This document shows, piece after piece, positions 31,633 to 42,400 of a stretch of DNA of 64,000 nt. Every line of letters starts with the position of its first letter. The first letter of the stretch is position 1. The notes beneath the pieces are model-generated. The model saw only the letters and a list, made by a program, of their open reading frames with translations. It ran no database searches and was not told the DNA's origin. Source of the stretch: Candidatus Woesearchaeota archaeon (GTDB lineage: Archaea; Nanobdellota; Nanobdellia; Woesearchaeales; GW2011-AR15); NCBI GenBank assembly GCA_038874655.1, contig JAVZBY010000002.1, positions 86,040 to 150,039 on the forward strand. Reading direction: 5' to 3'. A program made the position numbers and the translations under genes.

Positions 31633-32034
31633 TTAATAACACTTGCATCTGCATGAATTACACTTATTAAGCTCTTCTTTAAATTCGTAGTTTAAAAGAT
31701 TTTTTTCTTTAGACTGACAATAACTATAACATGCATTATTACACATATCTTCAGACGCTATTGTGTGTGTTAATCCATTTCCACCTGGCATTATTCCACA
31801 TTCATCTATATAATCAAAGCTAATAATTCTAGGTTTTAAAAAAACAAAAAACACATATGTAATAAAAATCAATACACAAAGTATAATTAAAGCAATTTGA
31901 ATTCTCTTTTTATTTTTTATACTATTTTCATAATCCCCACTTATTTTTGAAAAACTTTCATGATTTTTATATATTTTTTTCTCCTTTAGCATATGATCTT
32001 TTAGTAAATTATTTTCTTTATTTTTTTTTGCCAT
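31633..32034 (-). CDS. Small single-TM protein with a Cys-rich extracellular domain
   Basis: TM helix followed by C..CNNACYSYC...CNSCRCKC. Confidence 0.7.
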   Translation of the reverse strand: MAKKNKENNLLKDHMLKEKKIYKNHESFSKISGDYENSIKNKKRIQIALIILCVLIFITYVFFVFLKPRIISFDYIDECGIMPGGNGLTHTIASEDMCNNACYSYCQSKEKNLLNYEFKEELNKCNSCRCKCY

Positions 32035-32069
32035 TTTTTGTACTTAATAAATTATTTTTTATTAATTTA

Positions 32070-32363
32070 TTATTTTTTATCCTTTTTTAAACTTTCTATT
32101 ATATTATTTATTATATTACTAAAAGGATTAAAAATTTTATTTTTAATTTTAGATAAGTTATAATTAAAAAAGAACCATTTTAAATTTTTTTTTATGTTTT
32201 TATTCATAATATATTCATATTTTTTATGTAATTCATCTAATTCTTTTTTAAATTCTTTTTCTGTTTTTTCTTTGTTTTTTGATTTTTCAATTAAAATTTT
32301 ATATTTTTCAGTTAATTTTTCTTTTTCTTCATCATACCAATTTTCTATTTCATCATCTTCCAT
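32070..32363 (-). CDS. Hypothetical charged helical protein
   Basis: 97-aa Lys/Glu-rich ORF within the minus-strand gene run. Confidence 0.6.
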   Translation of the reverse strand: MEDDEIENWYDEEKEKLTEKYKILIEKSKNKEKTEKEFKKELDELHKKYEYIMNKNIKKNLKWFFFNYNLSKIKNKIFNPFSNIINNIIESLKKDKK

Positions 32364-32408
32364 TTTATCTAAAATTTTTGATTAAGTTTTCAAAATTTTT
32401 CTATATCT

Positions 32409-33257
32409 TTACATTGGGTCAATATGAATAAAAGCTCTATCTACATAAGGTAATCTTTCTAATTTATATTGAACTTCTTTTCCAATTCTATGAGATTCTC
32501 TTGTAGAAAGATTCTCATTAACAACAATATGTATTTCTAAATGTAAAAAATTTCCAACATAATGAGCTCTTAAATCATGTATACTAATAACACCTTTTAC
32601 TTTTTTTGCAATTCTTTCTATTTCTTTTATATTTTCAATGGGAGCACTTTTCCCCATTAAATAGTCAATATTCTCTTTTGCGATTTTATATCCAGAATAA
32701 AAGATATATAAACTTATTATTAAAGCAGAAATACTATCTAAAACATTTATTTTTATTATAGTTCCCAATACACCGATTAATGCAATAAAGCTAACTAAAA
32801 CATCATTTCTAGAATCTACTGAACCAGCTCTCAATGCAGGGCTATTTTCTTTTTCACCAACTTTTTTATAATAATATGACATAAAACCTTTAACTATTAT
32901 AGTAAAAACCAAAACTAGAATAGCATAAATCTCATAGGAATAAGTTTTTTTAATAAAAAATGAAATTATTGCATTTCTAAAAATTTCAAAGGCTAATAAG
33001 AATGTAAATATAGATACAACAAAACCTGCAATTGGCTCTGCTCTTGAATGTCCAAAAGGATGATCTTCATCAGCTTTTTTATGCCCTATTTTAACAGCAA
33101 TAAAGATCCCTGTATAAGATATAATATCTCCTAATGAATTAAAAGCATCAGAAAGAACTGCTAGGCTATTAGACAATAAACCAACAATTATTTTAGCTAT
33201 AAATAAGATTATATTTAAAAATACACCAATGATTGTTGTTTTTTCAGATGTTTTCAC
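32409..33257 (-). CDS. Cation diffusion facilitator transporter (FieF/YiiP-like)
   Basis: SLAVLSDAFNSLGD, ADEDHPFGHSRAE, DSRND and C-terminal IHIDP are CDF signatures. Confidence 0.92.
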   Translation of the reverse strand: MKTSEKTTIIGVFLNIILFIAKIIVGLLSNSLAVLSDAFNSLGDIISYTGIFIAVKIGHKKADEDHPFGHSRAEPIAGFVVSIFTFLLAFEIFRNAIISFFIKKTYSYEIYAILVLVFTIIVKGFMSYYYKKVGEKENSPALRAGSVDSRNDVLVSFIALIGVLGTIIKINVLDSISALIISLYIFYSGYKIAKENIDYLMGKSAPIENIKEIERIAKKVKGVISIHDLRAHYVGNFLHLEIHIVVNENLSTRESHRIGKEVQYKLERLPYVDRAFIHIDPM

Positions 33258-33305
33258 AATTATTTGGAAAATTAATAACTATATATTATTTTTGCATACT
33301 CAAAA

Positions 33306-33806
33306 TTAAGTATACAAAACCCCAACAACAAAATGGGTTATTTTACTCTTTTCAATAATTTCTCCTTCTTTTAATGAATCTCCTTGGACATAAACTTTAT
33401 CACCATAATCAGCTCTAACTCTATGGATTACTGCTTGTCCATTATCTCTCACAAATCTTACGATTTGTCCTGGTTTTATTTTTTCACCATTATATTTTTT
33501 TTCAATTAGAGTATTTCCGTCAAAAATAGTTGGTTGCATACTTGGGCCATTAAAAATGCCATAATCATTAGCTAAAACATAAAACCCTTGTGGATTCAAA
33601 TAATACTCCAAATCATAATGACTTCCTTCGATAAAATTAAAATTTTGATTATCTTCAATTTTTTTTAATGTCTCATTAATATATCTAAATTTTTCTTTCA
33701 TTTCATTAAAATTTTTTGCATAATTTATATTCAAAAATATTAAAGAGAGTAATATTAATAAAAATAAAACATTAAAAGTAAATTGATTTTTATCATATAT
33801 TACCAT
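33306..33806 (-). CDS. S24/S26-family peptidase, signal peptidase I-like (Ser-His type)
   Basis: N-terminal TM helix, GPSMQPT, VIHRV and VQGD motifs. Confidence 0.8.
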   Translation of the reverse strand: MVIYDKNQFTFNVLFLLILLSLIFLNINYAKNFNEMKEKFRYINETLKKIEDNQNFNFIEGSHYDLEYYLNPQGFYVLANDYGIFNGPSMQPTIFDGNTLIEKKYNGEKIKPGQIVRFVRDNGQAVIHRVRADYGDKVYVQGDSLKEGEIIEKSKITHFVVGVLYT

Positions 33807-33831
33807 TTTGTTTCACTCTTTTAACTTATCT

Positions 33832-36237
33832 TTATTTTTTATTTTTTTCTTTACTAACTTTTTCTTTTATTGCATCATTGTATTCTTTTAGTATTTTATC
33901 ATTTCTAAGCATAAATATTAAAACTATAATTAAAATAAAAATAACTATAATAGTGATTAATATACCTTTTTTATTTGCATTTATGTTTATCCCATTTGAA
34001 TTTATATCTTCTTTTATAACATCTTTATCATTACTTAAGTTATTTTTTAAACTAGAATTGCTTAATGTAATATTATTTTCAATAACACCAATATTAATGT
34101 TGTTTTCATTAAAAATAGTATCATTAATTTCTGCAATTACAAAATAACTAAATCCAGCTGTTTCTGATTCATAGTAAGTGTAATTATTATCTTTATTAAT
34201 TAAGGATGTTTTTAATTTCTCCCATTCATTATTTTTATATCTCATTAAATAAATATTTTTTTCATTTATCTTATTATCAATTAACCATTTTTTTTCTATC
34301 TTAAATTTAAGATTAACTTTTTCAATTTTCTCATCAGCTAAATTTTCTTTTTCTATTTTAATATATTTGTAAATTTTACCCTTGATTTCTTTAAATTCTT
34401 TTGTTTGATTATCAACTTTCTCAACTATTATTCTTACATTATTAGCAGGATTCTTTACATTTATAGAAATTTCTGTTAAAGCAATTTCATTACTATTTAA
34501 TTTCATTATTGAAGGTTTTAATGGCATCATGACTTGCCATGTTTGAGATATCTTTGATTTTTCTTCATTTGAAATAAAATTTCCAGGGCTTCCAGAGCTT
34601 CCTCCGCTTGAATGAGAACCACCAGAGCTTCCAGAACTTGAGCTACAGCTTAATGTCTCTTCTAATAAAATCCCATAACAATATTTTTTTCTTACTTTTT
34701 GATTATTAATACATTCACTATACTCAGACCAATCACTAAAACAATTTTCTAATTTTTCACTTAATCCATTAGTTCCACCATAATCATAAACAGATAGATT
34801 ATAACTATCAATAACTAAATCATTTATTAATGTTGCATTACAAATTAAAGTTTGTTTATTATCTAGTCCATAAACACAAGTTAAATTATCAAAATTATAA
34901 TCAAAATAACTAGAATTTGAATATAACCTTAAATTGATTCTGTTTAAATCTATCTCAGTTCCAGTTCCATTAAATGAAACATTCATTTCAAAAATATTGC
35001 TTTTTTGGTTATTTATGCTATAAGAAATAATCTTCGGTTTTTCATTATCTACAATATTATATCCAGAAAAACCACTAACTATAAAAGTTAGATTTCCTGT
35101 TCCATCTTCATTTGAATTAAACTTTGCATATAAAACACTATCTTCTTCATCATCAGGGAAAATATCATTAACCTCTATAAAAGAAAATGGAAGATTATAT
35201 AATGTAATTTCTGTTTGTGTATTAAACGCAGAAAATATATTTGTATTAATAAAAATTCTAGAACCCCCATAATAGCCTTGTTTTGCATTTTTTATTATGA
35301 TATTTATTGCATAAGGTAAATTTGCAAAATTATTATAAGTATTAGGATTTGTAAAATCAATGCTACTAAAATTTAATTTTGCAGCTAATTTTATATCCTC
35401 ATAAGGTTTTCCTGGCATTTGACTTCCATTTAATAGAATTCCTAAAACATAGTTAGTGTTTGCTAAATTATCAACATTAGCTAAATTAGTTGTAATTCCC
35501 ATATCAAATCCTAAATAATTATTTTCCTCATTTATTTCACTAGGATAGGTAAAGTTATAAATCATTAAACTATAATTGAATATATTACCACAATTACCTA
35601 ATTCATCACAAGCAAAAATTTTTATTTCTTTTAAAGATAGATATTCATTAATATCAACAATACAATCTGCCCAATATAAATCATCTGTTTCCTTATTTGT
35701 TTTTGTTATAGTTAAATCTGTACAAACATTACTCAAATCAAAACTCACATTATAAACATTGCTTAAAGAATCTCTAACATCTGCGCTTATATTTAATAAA
35801 CTATTATATGGCAAAAAATTATCAATATCTTTTAAACTAATGCCATACAAATTGTTATTTACATATGGTGGCATTCTATCTATGATTAAATTAAAAACAT
35901 CACTTTGTAAATTGCCTTCATCATCCATACAGTTAATAAACCAAGAGTTTATACCTTCATTTAAAGAATTACTATTAACTTCTATATATGTTGGAAAATT
36001 ATTCAATGTTTCATTAACAGAATATTGATTATTATTAACAAAAAACTCACAATTAATGTTTTCAGAAACATTACTACTTACAACATAACTAAATAAAACA
36101 CTTTGATTGTTTGTTTTTGTATTATTTAATGGATAAAAATTAGCATATGAAAACTCAATGTATCCATAAGATTTTATTAAAAGCATAAAAACTAGAATAA
36201 TATAACTCAATAAAGCAAATATGTTTTTTCTTTTCAT
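33832..36237 (-). CDS. PGF-pre-PGF domain surface protein with C-terminal TM anchor
   Basis: YKYIKI...FKIEKKWL...LMRY...WEKLKT...YYESETAGFSYFVI and a Ser/Gly linker. Start moved to 36237 (GGGGGTG RBS, MKRK signal peptide). Confidence 0.85.
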   Translation of the reverse strand: MKRKNIFALLSYIILVFMLLIKSYGYIEFSYANFYPLNNTKTNNQSVLFSYVVSSNVSENINCEFFVNNNQYSVNETLNNFPTYIEVNSNSLNEGINSWFINCMDDEGNLQSDVFNLIIDRMPPYVNNNLYGISLKDIDNFLPYNSLLNISADVRDSLSNVYNVSFDLSNVCTDLTITKTNKETDDLYWADCIVDINEYLSLKEIKIFACDELGNCGNIFNYSLMIYNFTYPSEINEENNYLGFDMGITTNLANVDNLANTNYVLGILLNGSQMPGKPYEDIKLAAKLNFSSIDFTNPNTYNNFANLPYAINIIIKNAKQGYYGGSRIFINTNIFSAFNTQTEITLYNLPFSFIEVNDIFPDDEEDSVLYAKFNSNEDGTGNLTFIVSGFSGYNIVDNEKPKIISYSINNQKSNIFEMNVSFNGTGTEIDLNRINLRLYSNSSYFDYNFDNLTCVYGLDNKQTLICNATLINDLVIDSYNLSVYDYGGTNGLSEKLENCFSDWSEYSECINNQKVRKKYCYGILLEETLSCSSSSGSSGGSHSSGGSSGSPGNFISNEEKSKISQTWQVMMPLKPSIMKLNSNEIALTEISINVKNPANNVRIIVEKVDNQTKEFKEIKGKIYKYIKIEKENLADEKIEKVNLKFKIEKKWLIDNKINEKNIYLMRYKNNEWEKLKTSLINKDNNYTYYESETAGFSYFVIAEINDTIFNENNINIGVIENNITLSNSSLKNNLSNDKDVIKEDINSNGININANKKGILITIIVIFILIIVLIFMLRNDKILKEYNDAIKEKVSKEKNKK

Positions 36238-36335
36238 CCAACACCCCCAATTTATTAATAATAAAACTCCTTTATATTCTTTTTTATTTTTACAGGATTT
36301 CATTTTTGATTTTAAAACCACAATCAGTTTTCTAC

Positions 36336-37097
36336 TTATTGCAATTCCATATAGAAATAATATCTAGTGTTTTCATAACCTCCAACACCTCTTTCAGGAA
36401 CAATCATTTGGAAATCATATCTTTGAAAATTATAACCTATTGTGTTATCATTGATAAATGTAGTGTATATTAAAACTTGGTTGTCAGTTAATAAAACCTC
36501 TTGGAAAGGAGCATTTATACTTGGAGTTTGTGCAGTATTATTAATCCATGTAAAAGTAGATTTACATGAATTTTGATTTATTTTAATATTACCAACATAA
36601 AACTCTTTATGTATATTGTATGAAAAAGTATTATTTATACTATCCACATTTGAAGTTGTATGATTTAATGCATTTTCCTCTTTTTGTATATCTGTTAAAT
36701 TAGCACATCTTACACTACTCCAAGAAATATTATTAAATCTAGTTGCATAAACCTTTCCTGTAATTTCAGTTAGTTGCCATTGATAAATACTATAATCCCC
36801 AGAATCATCTAAAGTTAAAACACCAGTAACATTTCCAACATATGCTTTCCATTTCAGGTTTTGTGTTTCAGCACTTAAAATAACAGTTGTAAAACTACCT
36901 CCACTAGTATTTAAAAATTGAGCTGCACTAGGTTGTTTAGTTTCACTAGAATTAAATAAAATTTGAGCACCACTCATATTATAATTTTGTGATTTTACAT
37001 TTGCTAAAATAATTAAATTAATTAATATACTTATGAATATTAAAAACAGGATCTTTTTTTCTTTTTTTAGTTTAGCATTTATTTTATAGTGAATCAT
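36336..37097 (-). CDS. Secreted family-A protein 3
   Basis: WKAYVGNVTG, DSINNTF, YDFQMIVPE...YYFYMELQ. Confidence 0.85.
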   Translation of the reverse strand: MIHYKINAKLKKEKKILFLIFISILINLIILANVKSQNYNMSGAQILFNSSETKQPSAAQFLNTSGGSFTTVILSAETQNLKWKAYVGNVTGVLTLDDSGDYSIYQWQLTEITGKVYATRFNNISWSSVRCANLTDIQKEENALNHTTSNVDSINNTFSYNIHKEFYVGNIKINQNSCKSTFTWINNTAQTPSINAPFQEVLLTDNQVLIYTTFINDNTIGYNFQRYDFQMIVPERGVGGYENTRYYFYMELQ

Positions 37098-37648
37098 TTT
37101 CTATGAATTCCTTTTTTATAGGTTGTATAGATTGTTTGGTAATCCTTTAATAATAATTCAGAAATTTCTTTAAATGAAAATCTAAGATTATCTTTGAGGT
37201 ATATAACAAGATTTTCTAAAACACTTTTTTTTCTGTTTGAAAAGATTGACAAGGGGATATTTATATTATTAAATTGCATATTTTGAGAACCTAAATTAAA
37301 ACTAGACTTTTGTTTTTTCAAACTTTTATTATATGTAGTCCAAACAGTTCTATCATCCCTATTAAGCAAAACAGCAATTTGATGATAGCTCATATTTAAA
37401 TTTTCTTTTAGATATTTTACAATAATCTCTAATGCACTTAATTTTTTATTATAGAATACTTTTAAAGGAATTTCTTCATCTTTTTCTTTAAAGAAATCGT
37501 TATCTTTTATAGAAACAATATTTAATATTTCTTTAGTACTCAAATTATATTTCTCTTTAAAATACTCTATCAATAATTTTAATGCTTCTATACTCTTGTC
37601 TTTCTCTAGTTCTTCCTCTAACTTTTTTAAATCAGAAAAAATGGCCAT
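37094..37648 (-). CDS. Tandem-HTH DNA-binding protein (paralog of 61003)
   Basis: Two internal repeats of IP..F.....LE..V.YLK......I...L..D..T..TTY. ATGA overlap with the family-A3 gene. Confidence 0.75.
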   Translation of the reverse strand: MAIFSDLKKLEEELEKDKSIEALKLLIEYFKEKYNLSTKEILNIVSIKDNDFFKEKDEEIPLKVFYNKKLSALEIIVKYLKENLNMSYHQIAVLLNRDDRTVWTTYNKSLKKQKSSFNLGSQNMQFNNINIPLSIFSNRKKSVLENLVIYLKDNLRFSFKEISELLLKDYQTIYTTYKKGIHRK

Positions 37649-37845
37649 CTAATACTTATTAAATAAAAACTTATTTATATATTTTATTATTTTTTTATTA
37701 TTTAATAAGTTTTTTTACTTATTTTATAAAAATATTTTATTATATAATAAGTATTAAAAATATATAATGTATAAATTTATTTAAAAAATTGTTAGATTAC
37801 TATTAATAGAACTAAACTTTTCTTAACTTCTAGAACAGATTACTT

Positions 37846-38145
37846 TCAAATACATATAATACATCCACTAATTCCACAATAAAAGAAAACACCTTTTATT
37901 GATAAATCTTTTAGATGTTTTTTTATTTGCTTAGCTTGTTTTTTTGCTTTTGTTATTCTATAAGAGCATTTAACTTCATAAATATAATACTCGTTTCCTT
38001 TTCTTGCTAAAATATCAACTTCTCCAATTAATCTTTTCTTTTTTATAATCTTAACATTTGTAGAAAGAGAATCATAATCATCTTTTATTTTATCATATAA
38101 TTCTAATAAATATTTATCGTGTTTATTCAGATTTTTTATCTTCAA
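37846..38145 (-). CDS. Small PD-(D/E)XK nuclease-fold protein
   Basis: GEVDILA...YIYEVKCS...KAKKQ. TTG start with AGGTG RBS. Confidence 0.7.
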   Translation of the reverse strand: MKIKNLNKHDKYLLELYDKIKDDYDSLSTNVKIIKKKRLIGEVDILARKGNEYYIYEVKCSYRITKAKKQAKQIKKHLKDLSIKGVFFYCGISGCIICI

Positions 38146-38224
38146 ACACCTACTAAATACCTATAATAAAAAAAAACTTTTTTCTTTATAATTTTTTCTA
38201 AATTATTAATTTTTTAGAATTTTT

Positions 38225-38479
38225 TTAATATTTTTTTCTTTTTTCTAGAACTTCTCTTCCTTTTTCAGTTATAGAAACTAAGTAAGATGGTTTTCCATTA
38301 GCTTGATGTTTTTCAACTTTTTTGATATTAACCAAACCAAATTCTTCTAATTCTTTGCATGAATTTTTTATAGTTGAAAAACAAGTATTAACTTTTCTTT
38401 CCAGTTCTGTGTAAGTTAATGAACTATCTTTAATATAATTTAAAATTGATTTTTTGATATCATAAGATTTTCTTTTCAC
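38225..38479 (-). CDS. Winged-helix regulator (paralog of 38783)
   Basis: LTYTELERKVNT...ELEEFGLV...NGKPSYLVSITEKG. Confidence 0.85.
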   Translation of the reverse strand: MKRKSYDIKKSILNYIKDSSLTYTELERKVNTCFSTIKNSCKELEEFGLVNIKKVEKHQANGKPSYLVSITEKGREVLEKRKKY

Positions 38480-38564
38480 AAAACTTTTTTTTTAAAAATA
38501 ATTTTTAGAACTAACTCATAATATTATAGTAAGTTTTATAAATCAGTTTAATAAACAATAACAC

Positions 38565-38723
38565 ATGGCAAGAAAAAAAACTGGCAATGTTTACATTACA
38601 ATAAAACTTCCTGAAGGAACTGTAAAAAAAATCGATGAAATAATCCAGAAAAGTAATGGAGATTTTACATCAAGAACAGATGTGATAAAAACAGCAATAA
38701 GAGATATGTATTATAGAAATTAA
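38565..38723 (+). CDS. Ribbon-helix-helix (CopG/Arc/MetJ-type) protein, 52 aa, not in the ORF track
   Basis: MARKKTGNVYITIKLPEGTVKKIDEIIQKSNGDFTSRTDVIKTAIRDMYYRN. TTTATAAA lies about 25 bp upstream. Confidence 0.85.
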   Translation: MARKKTGNVYITIKLPEGTVKKIDEIIQKSNGDFTSRTDVIKTAIRDMYYRN

Positions 38724-38782
38724 TTTTTTAAATTTATCAATGTCTATTTTTAAATATTTTTCTTAGTTAATTATTCATTTTG

Positions 38783-39046
38783 TTAATTTTTTATATGTTT
38801 GTTAGTATCTACAGTTTTATACCCTTTTTCGGTCAATTTAACAATGTAATAGGGTTTTCCATTTTTTTTATGTTTTTTTTCTTTCTTTATTTCAACTTGT
38901 TCATATTCTTGCAATTCAAAACAATTTTTTTTAATAGAATCATAATTTGTGCTTAATTTTGTTTGCAATTCTGTGAAAGTCATTTCTTTTTCTTTTAAAC
39001 ACATTAAAATTTCTTTTCTTAGTTCATAAGGTGTTCTTTTTTGCAT
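38783..39046 (-). CDS. Winged-helix regulator (paralog of 38225)
   Basis: MTFTELQTKLST...ELQEYEQV...NGKPYYIVKLTEKG. Confidence 0.85.
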   Translation of the reverse strand: MQKRTPYELRKEILMCLKEKEMTFTELQTKLSTNYDSIKKNCFELQEYEQVEIKKEKKHKKNGKPYYIVKLTEKGYKTVDTNKHIKN

Positions 39047-39103
39047 CCTACATCTTTAAGAGGATGCTTTTTTTTAAGGATACTTCACAATATTGTAGGA
39101 TGT
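39043..39103. promoter_or_regulatory. Candidate operator cluster over the wHTH start codon
   Basis: GCATCCT-N11-AGGATGC inverted repeat at 39043-39067, plus AGGATAC at 39077 and AGGATGT at 39097. Confidence 0.5.
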
Positions 39104-39303
39104 CTTTTATTGTTTTATTAAGATTTTCATTTTTAAATATTATTATAAAATATAGACAAATATTATAAATATAATTTTTATTATATATTTAATAAATATT
39201 AATAAAATATAGAAAAATATATAAATAAGAAATATTATAAAAATATCATAGTAGCCATTTTACTATACTAAAATTTCCTCAACATAAAAAAAGCTTAAGT
39301 CAA

Positions 39304-39459
39304 ATGAAAAAAAAAGTAAACATTGCTTTGGATGAAGATTTGCACACAAAAGCAAAAGTAATTGCTGTTCTAAAAAATATTACTCTTAACGATTATATTG
39401 AAAAGGCATTAGATGAAGCTGTAAAAAAAGATAAATCTATACTAGATAAATTAAAATGA
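39304..39459 (+). CDS. Ribbon-helix-helix protein, 51 aa, not in the ORF track
   Basis: MKKKVNIALDEDLHTKAKVIAVLKNITLNDYIEKALDEAVKKDKSILDKLK. Stop overlaps the ATG of 39456 (ATGA). Confidence 0.85.
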   Translation: MKKKVNIALDEDLHTKAKVIAVLKNITLNDYIEKALDEAVKKDKSILDKLK

Positions 39460-42400
39460 TAAACTCACAATTTTCAAAAATAAAAAATAGTAAATTGAAA
39501 TTTTATGTAATCTTACTTATTTACTTGACTTTGTTAGTTAAATCTAATTTGGCCTTAGGTTCTATAATCACAGGACAAATAACACCAAATACAATTAATC
39601 TTTGTGGTTCTAATTCACAATATGTTACAATAACAGCTTATAATTTATTTAATGTAGAAAATACAACATTAACTAATGTAAATGCAAATCTATATATAAA
39701 TGGAAATCCAGGTTTAACTTTTATAACTAACCAAAATGTAAATTTGGGGAATATAAATCCATTAAGTTATTCTGCATTAAATCCCTCATGGACTATACAA
39801 TGTAATACGCCTAATTCAGGAATTTACACAGCTTACATAAATTATAGCAGTTCAAATGGTTATAAAGCATCCTCTATTAATGAACAAACTATAACTTTAA
39901 TTATACATGATTCAATAACCTTTACAGGAAATATTTCTTTAGAATCAAACACACAGACAATAGACGAAGATTATCCAATCATAAATGACAACACACCAAC
40001 AATAAAAGTATTTACAACTAAAAATTCAATTTGTAAAGGTACCTTAAACAATGATAAAGATTATGAAAACATGGATTTCCTATTTTATGGTTTAGAAAAA
40101 GATCACAATTATACATTTGTTAATCAACTGAATGAGGGAAAACACATCCTTTATGTCAAATGTAAAGATGATATAAATAATTTGATGCAGCTAACTATGC
40201 AATTTGAAATTGATTCAAAAGAACCTATCATAACAATAATATCTCCAGAATCAAAAGTTCTAGGAACATATGCAGAAATCATATTAAACTTAAATGAAAT
40301 AGCAGAGTGTCGTTATAGTAAGAGTAATACAGATTTTAATGAAATGAAAACTTTTGATAATAAAAACACAACTACTTTTAAAGTAAAATTAGATGATTTA
40401 GAAGAAAAAACTTACACTTACTTTATAAAATGTAAAGATAAAATTGGAAATATTGCTTCAAAACAAATTGATTTTGAAGTGGCAATTCCTCCACAAGCAT
40501 CTATTCAATTAGAAAAAACAACATTAACAAAAGGCACATATGAAATAAAATTAATTCCAACTAAAAAACTAAAATCAGCTTATCTATATTATTCATTTAC
40601 AGATGATCCACAATCAAAAAGAGAAATTGGTTTAGTAAAAGAAGGCAATTACTATAAAGGTTATCTCATTATAGACGAGCAAGAAAAAACAAGACAAGGT
40701 ATATTTTCTTTTAAAGGCATAGATTTACAAGACAATGAAGGAACAGAAATAACAGATGGCTCATTTTTTATAGTAGATACAATAAAGCCAAATGCACCAG
40801 ATTCTTTACAAGGAAAAAATACAGATCAAGGTATTTTATTAAGATGGTATTATGAGGGTGAAAAACCAGAAAAATTCATTATATACAGATCAACAACACA
40901 AGGAATTACTCCTATTTTTTATTATGATTCTATTAAACCAAATAACCTAGAAAATTATTATGAATATTTAGATAAAAACACACAATCAGGACAACTATAT
41001 TATTATAGAATATCTGCTGTTGACATTGCTGGAAACATTGGAATAATGTCTAATGAAATAAGTGTTTATTCAACTAATGAGATAAAAACAGAAATCCAAG
41101 AAACAATTAATCTACCTACACAAGAAACAAGAAATCTAAAAAAATCAACAGAAAAAAACATTGATTCATTATTAATTGATTTGGAATGGGCAATAAATAA
41201 TTTAAATGAGCAATCTACAAAAGAAAAATCAATATCAGATCTAAATTTAATAAAAAAAGTAATAGATTCAAAAGAAGCTATTCAAAGAGAAAAAAATTAT
41301 TATACAAATATTGATATAAATGAAATTTCAGATGAAGAATTAAGAAATAAACTCTCACAAACAGAAGCATTAATTGCAAGAACAAAAAAACTTACACCTA
41401 AAAGTTTAATATTAGATAAATCAACAACACAATTGCAATCAATTACAAACAACGACATTGAACTAATTGTTAGAGAATTATTAAAAGATCAAAATTATAC
41501 AGAATCTCAAATAAAAAAATATATAAAAGAAATACAAAAAATAAATCAGGATTTAAAGGTTGAATCAGAGATTAAAACATTAACTTTAAAATACCTAGAT
41601 GATAGTTTTGAAAAACAAATTATTATAAGAAAAATATTTTCTTATGAGAAGCCAGAACCTTTAAATGACATAATAATGATAGAGATGATTCCAAAAACAG
41701 TTGCCGGAGATATTTCAAGTATAGACATAAAAACACCAGATTATAGTATTGTTAAATCAGATCCAATAATATCTTGGAAATTTCAACAATTATCTTATGA
41801 TAAACAAAATTATTATTATGTATTATTAGCAAATGATAATAGTGAGAGTGCAAAAACAACCAAAACAATAGCAATTATAGATCCATTAAAAATAATCAAT
41901 AAAGAAAACAACTTATTAACAGGATTTAGTGTTTTTATTGTAAACATTAGCAACAACAAAGAATATTTAGGATTAATAGTTGGATCATTAATAATTATGG
42001 TATTATTAACATACTATTTATACACAATAAATGTTTTAAATTTAAATATTTTTAACAGAGGAATTATTAAATTAAAATCTCTCTTCATGAAAAACCAAAT
42101 CCTTACTAATGGTTCAAATCTTTCTAATAAAAATAAATCCATTCAAAATGGAAGTCAAAATACTAATACTCAAAGCCTTTTATCAAATTCCAATGAAATT
42201 AATCAAAATAATTTATCTTTTACCAAATTAGATAGCGAAATACCTCTTAAAAATAATTCTATAATTAATACAAATTCAAAATTAGGTAATAATAACAGTA
42301 TTAACTATACTACCATTTTAGAACAAGAAAAAAAAATTTTTACCAATGGAGAATTTAAAAGATTAAAACAAGAGATTAATGATTTAATAACAAAAGAAGA

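Noticed and set aside
36238-36321. Upstream extensions of ORFs 33832 (to 36321) and 29747 (to 31579)
   Set aside because: Downstream ATGs have clear RBS motifs and give canonical signal peptides.
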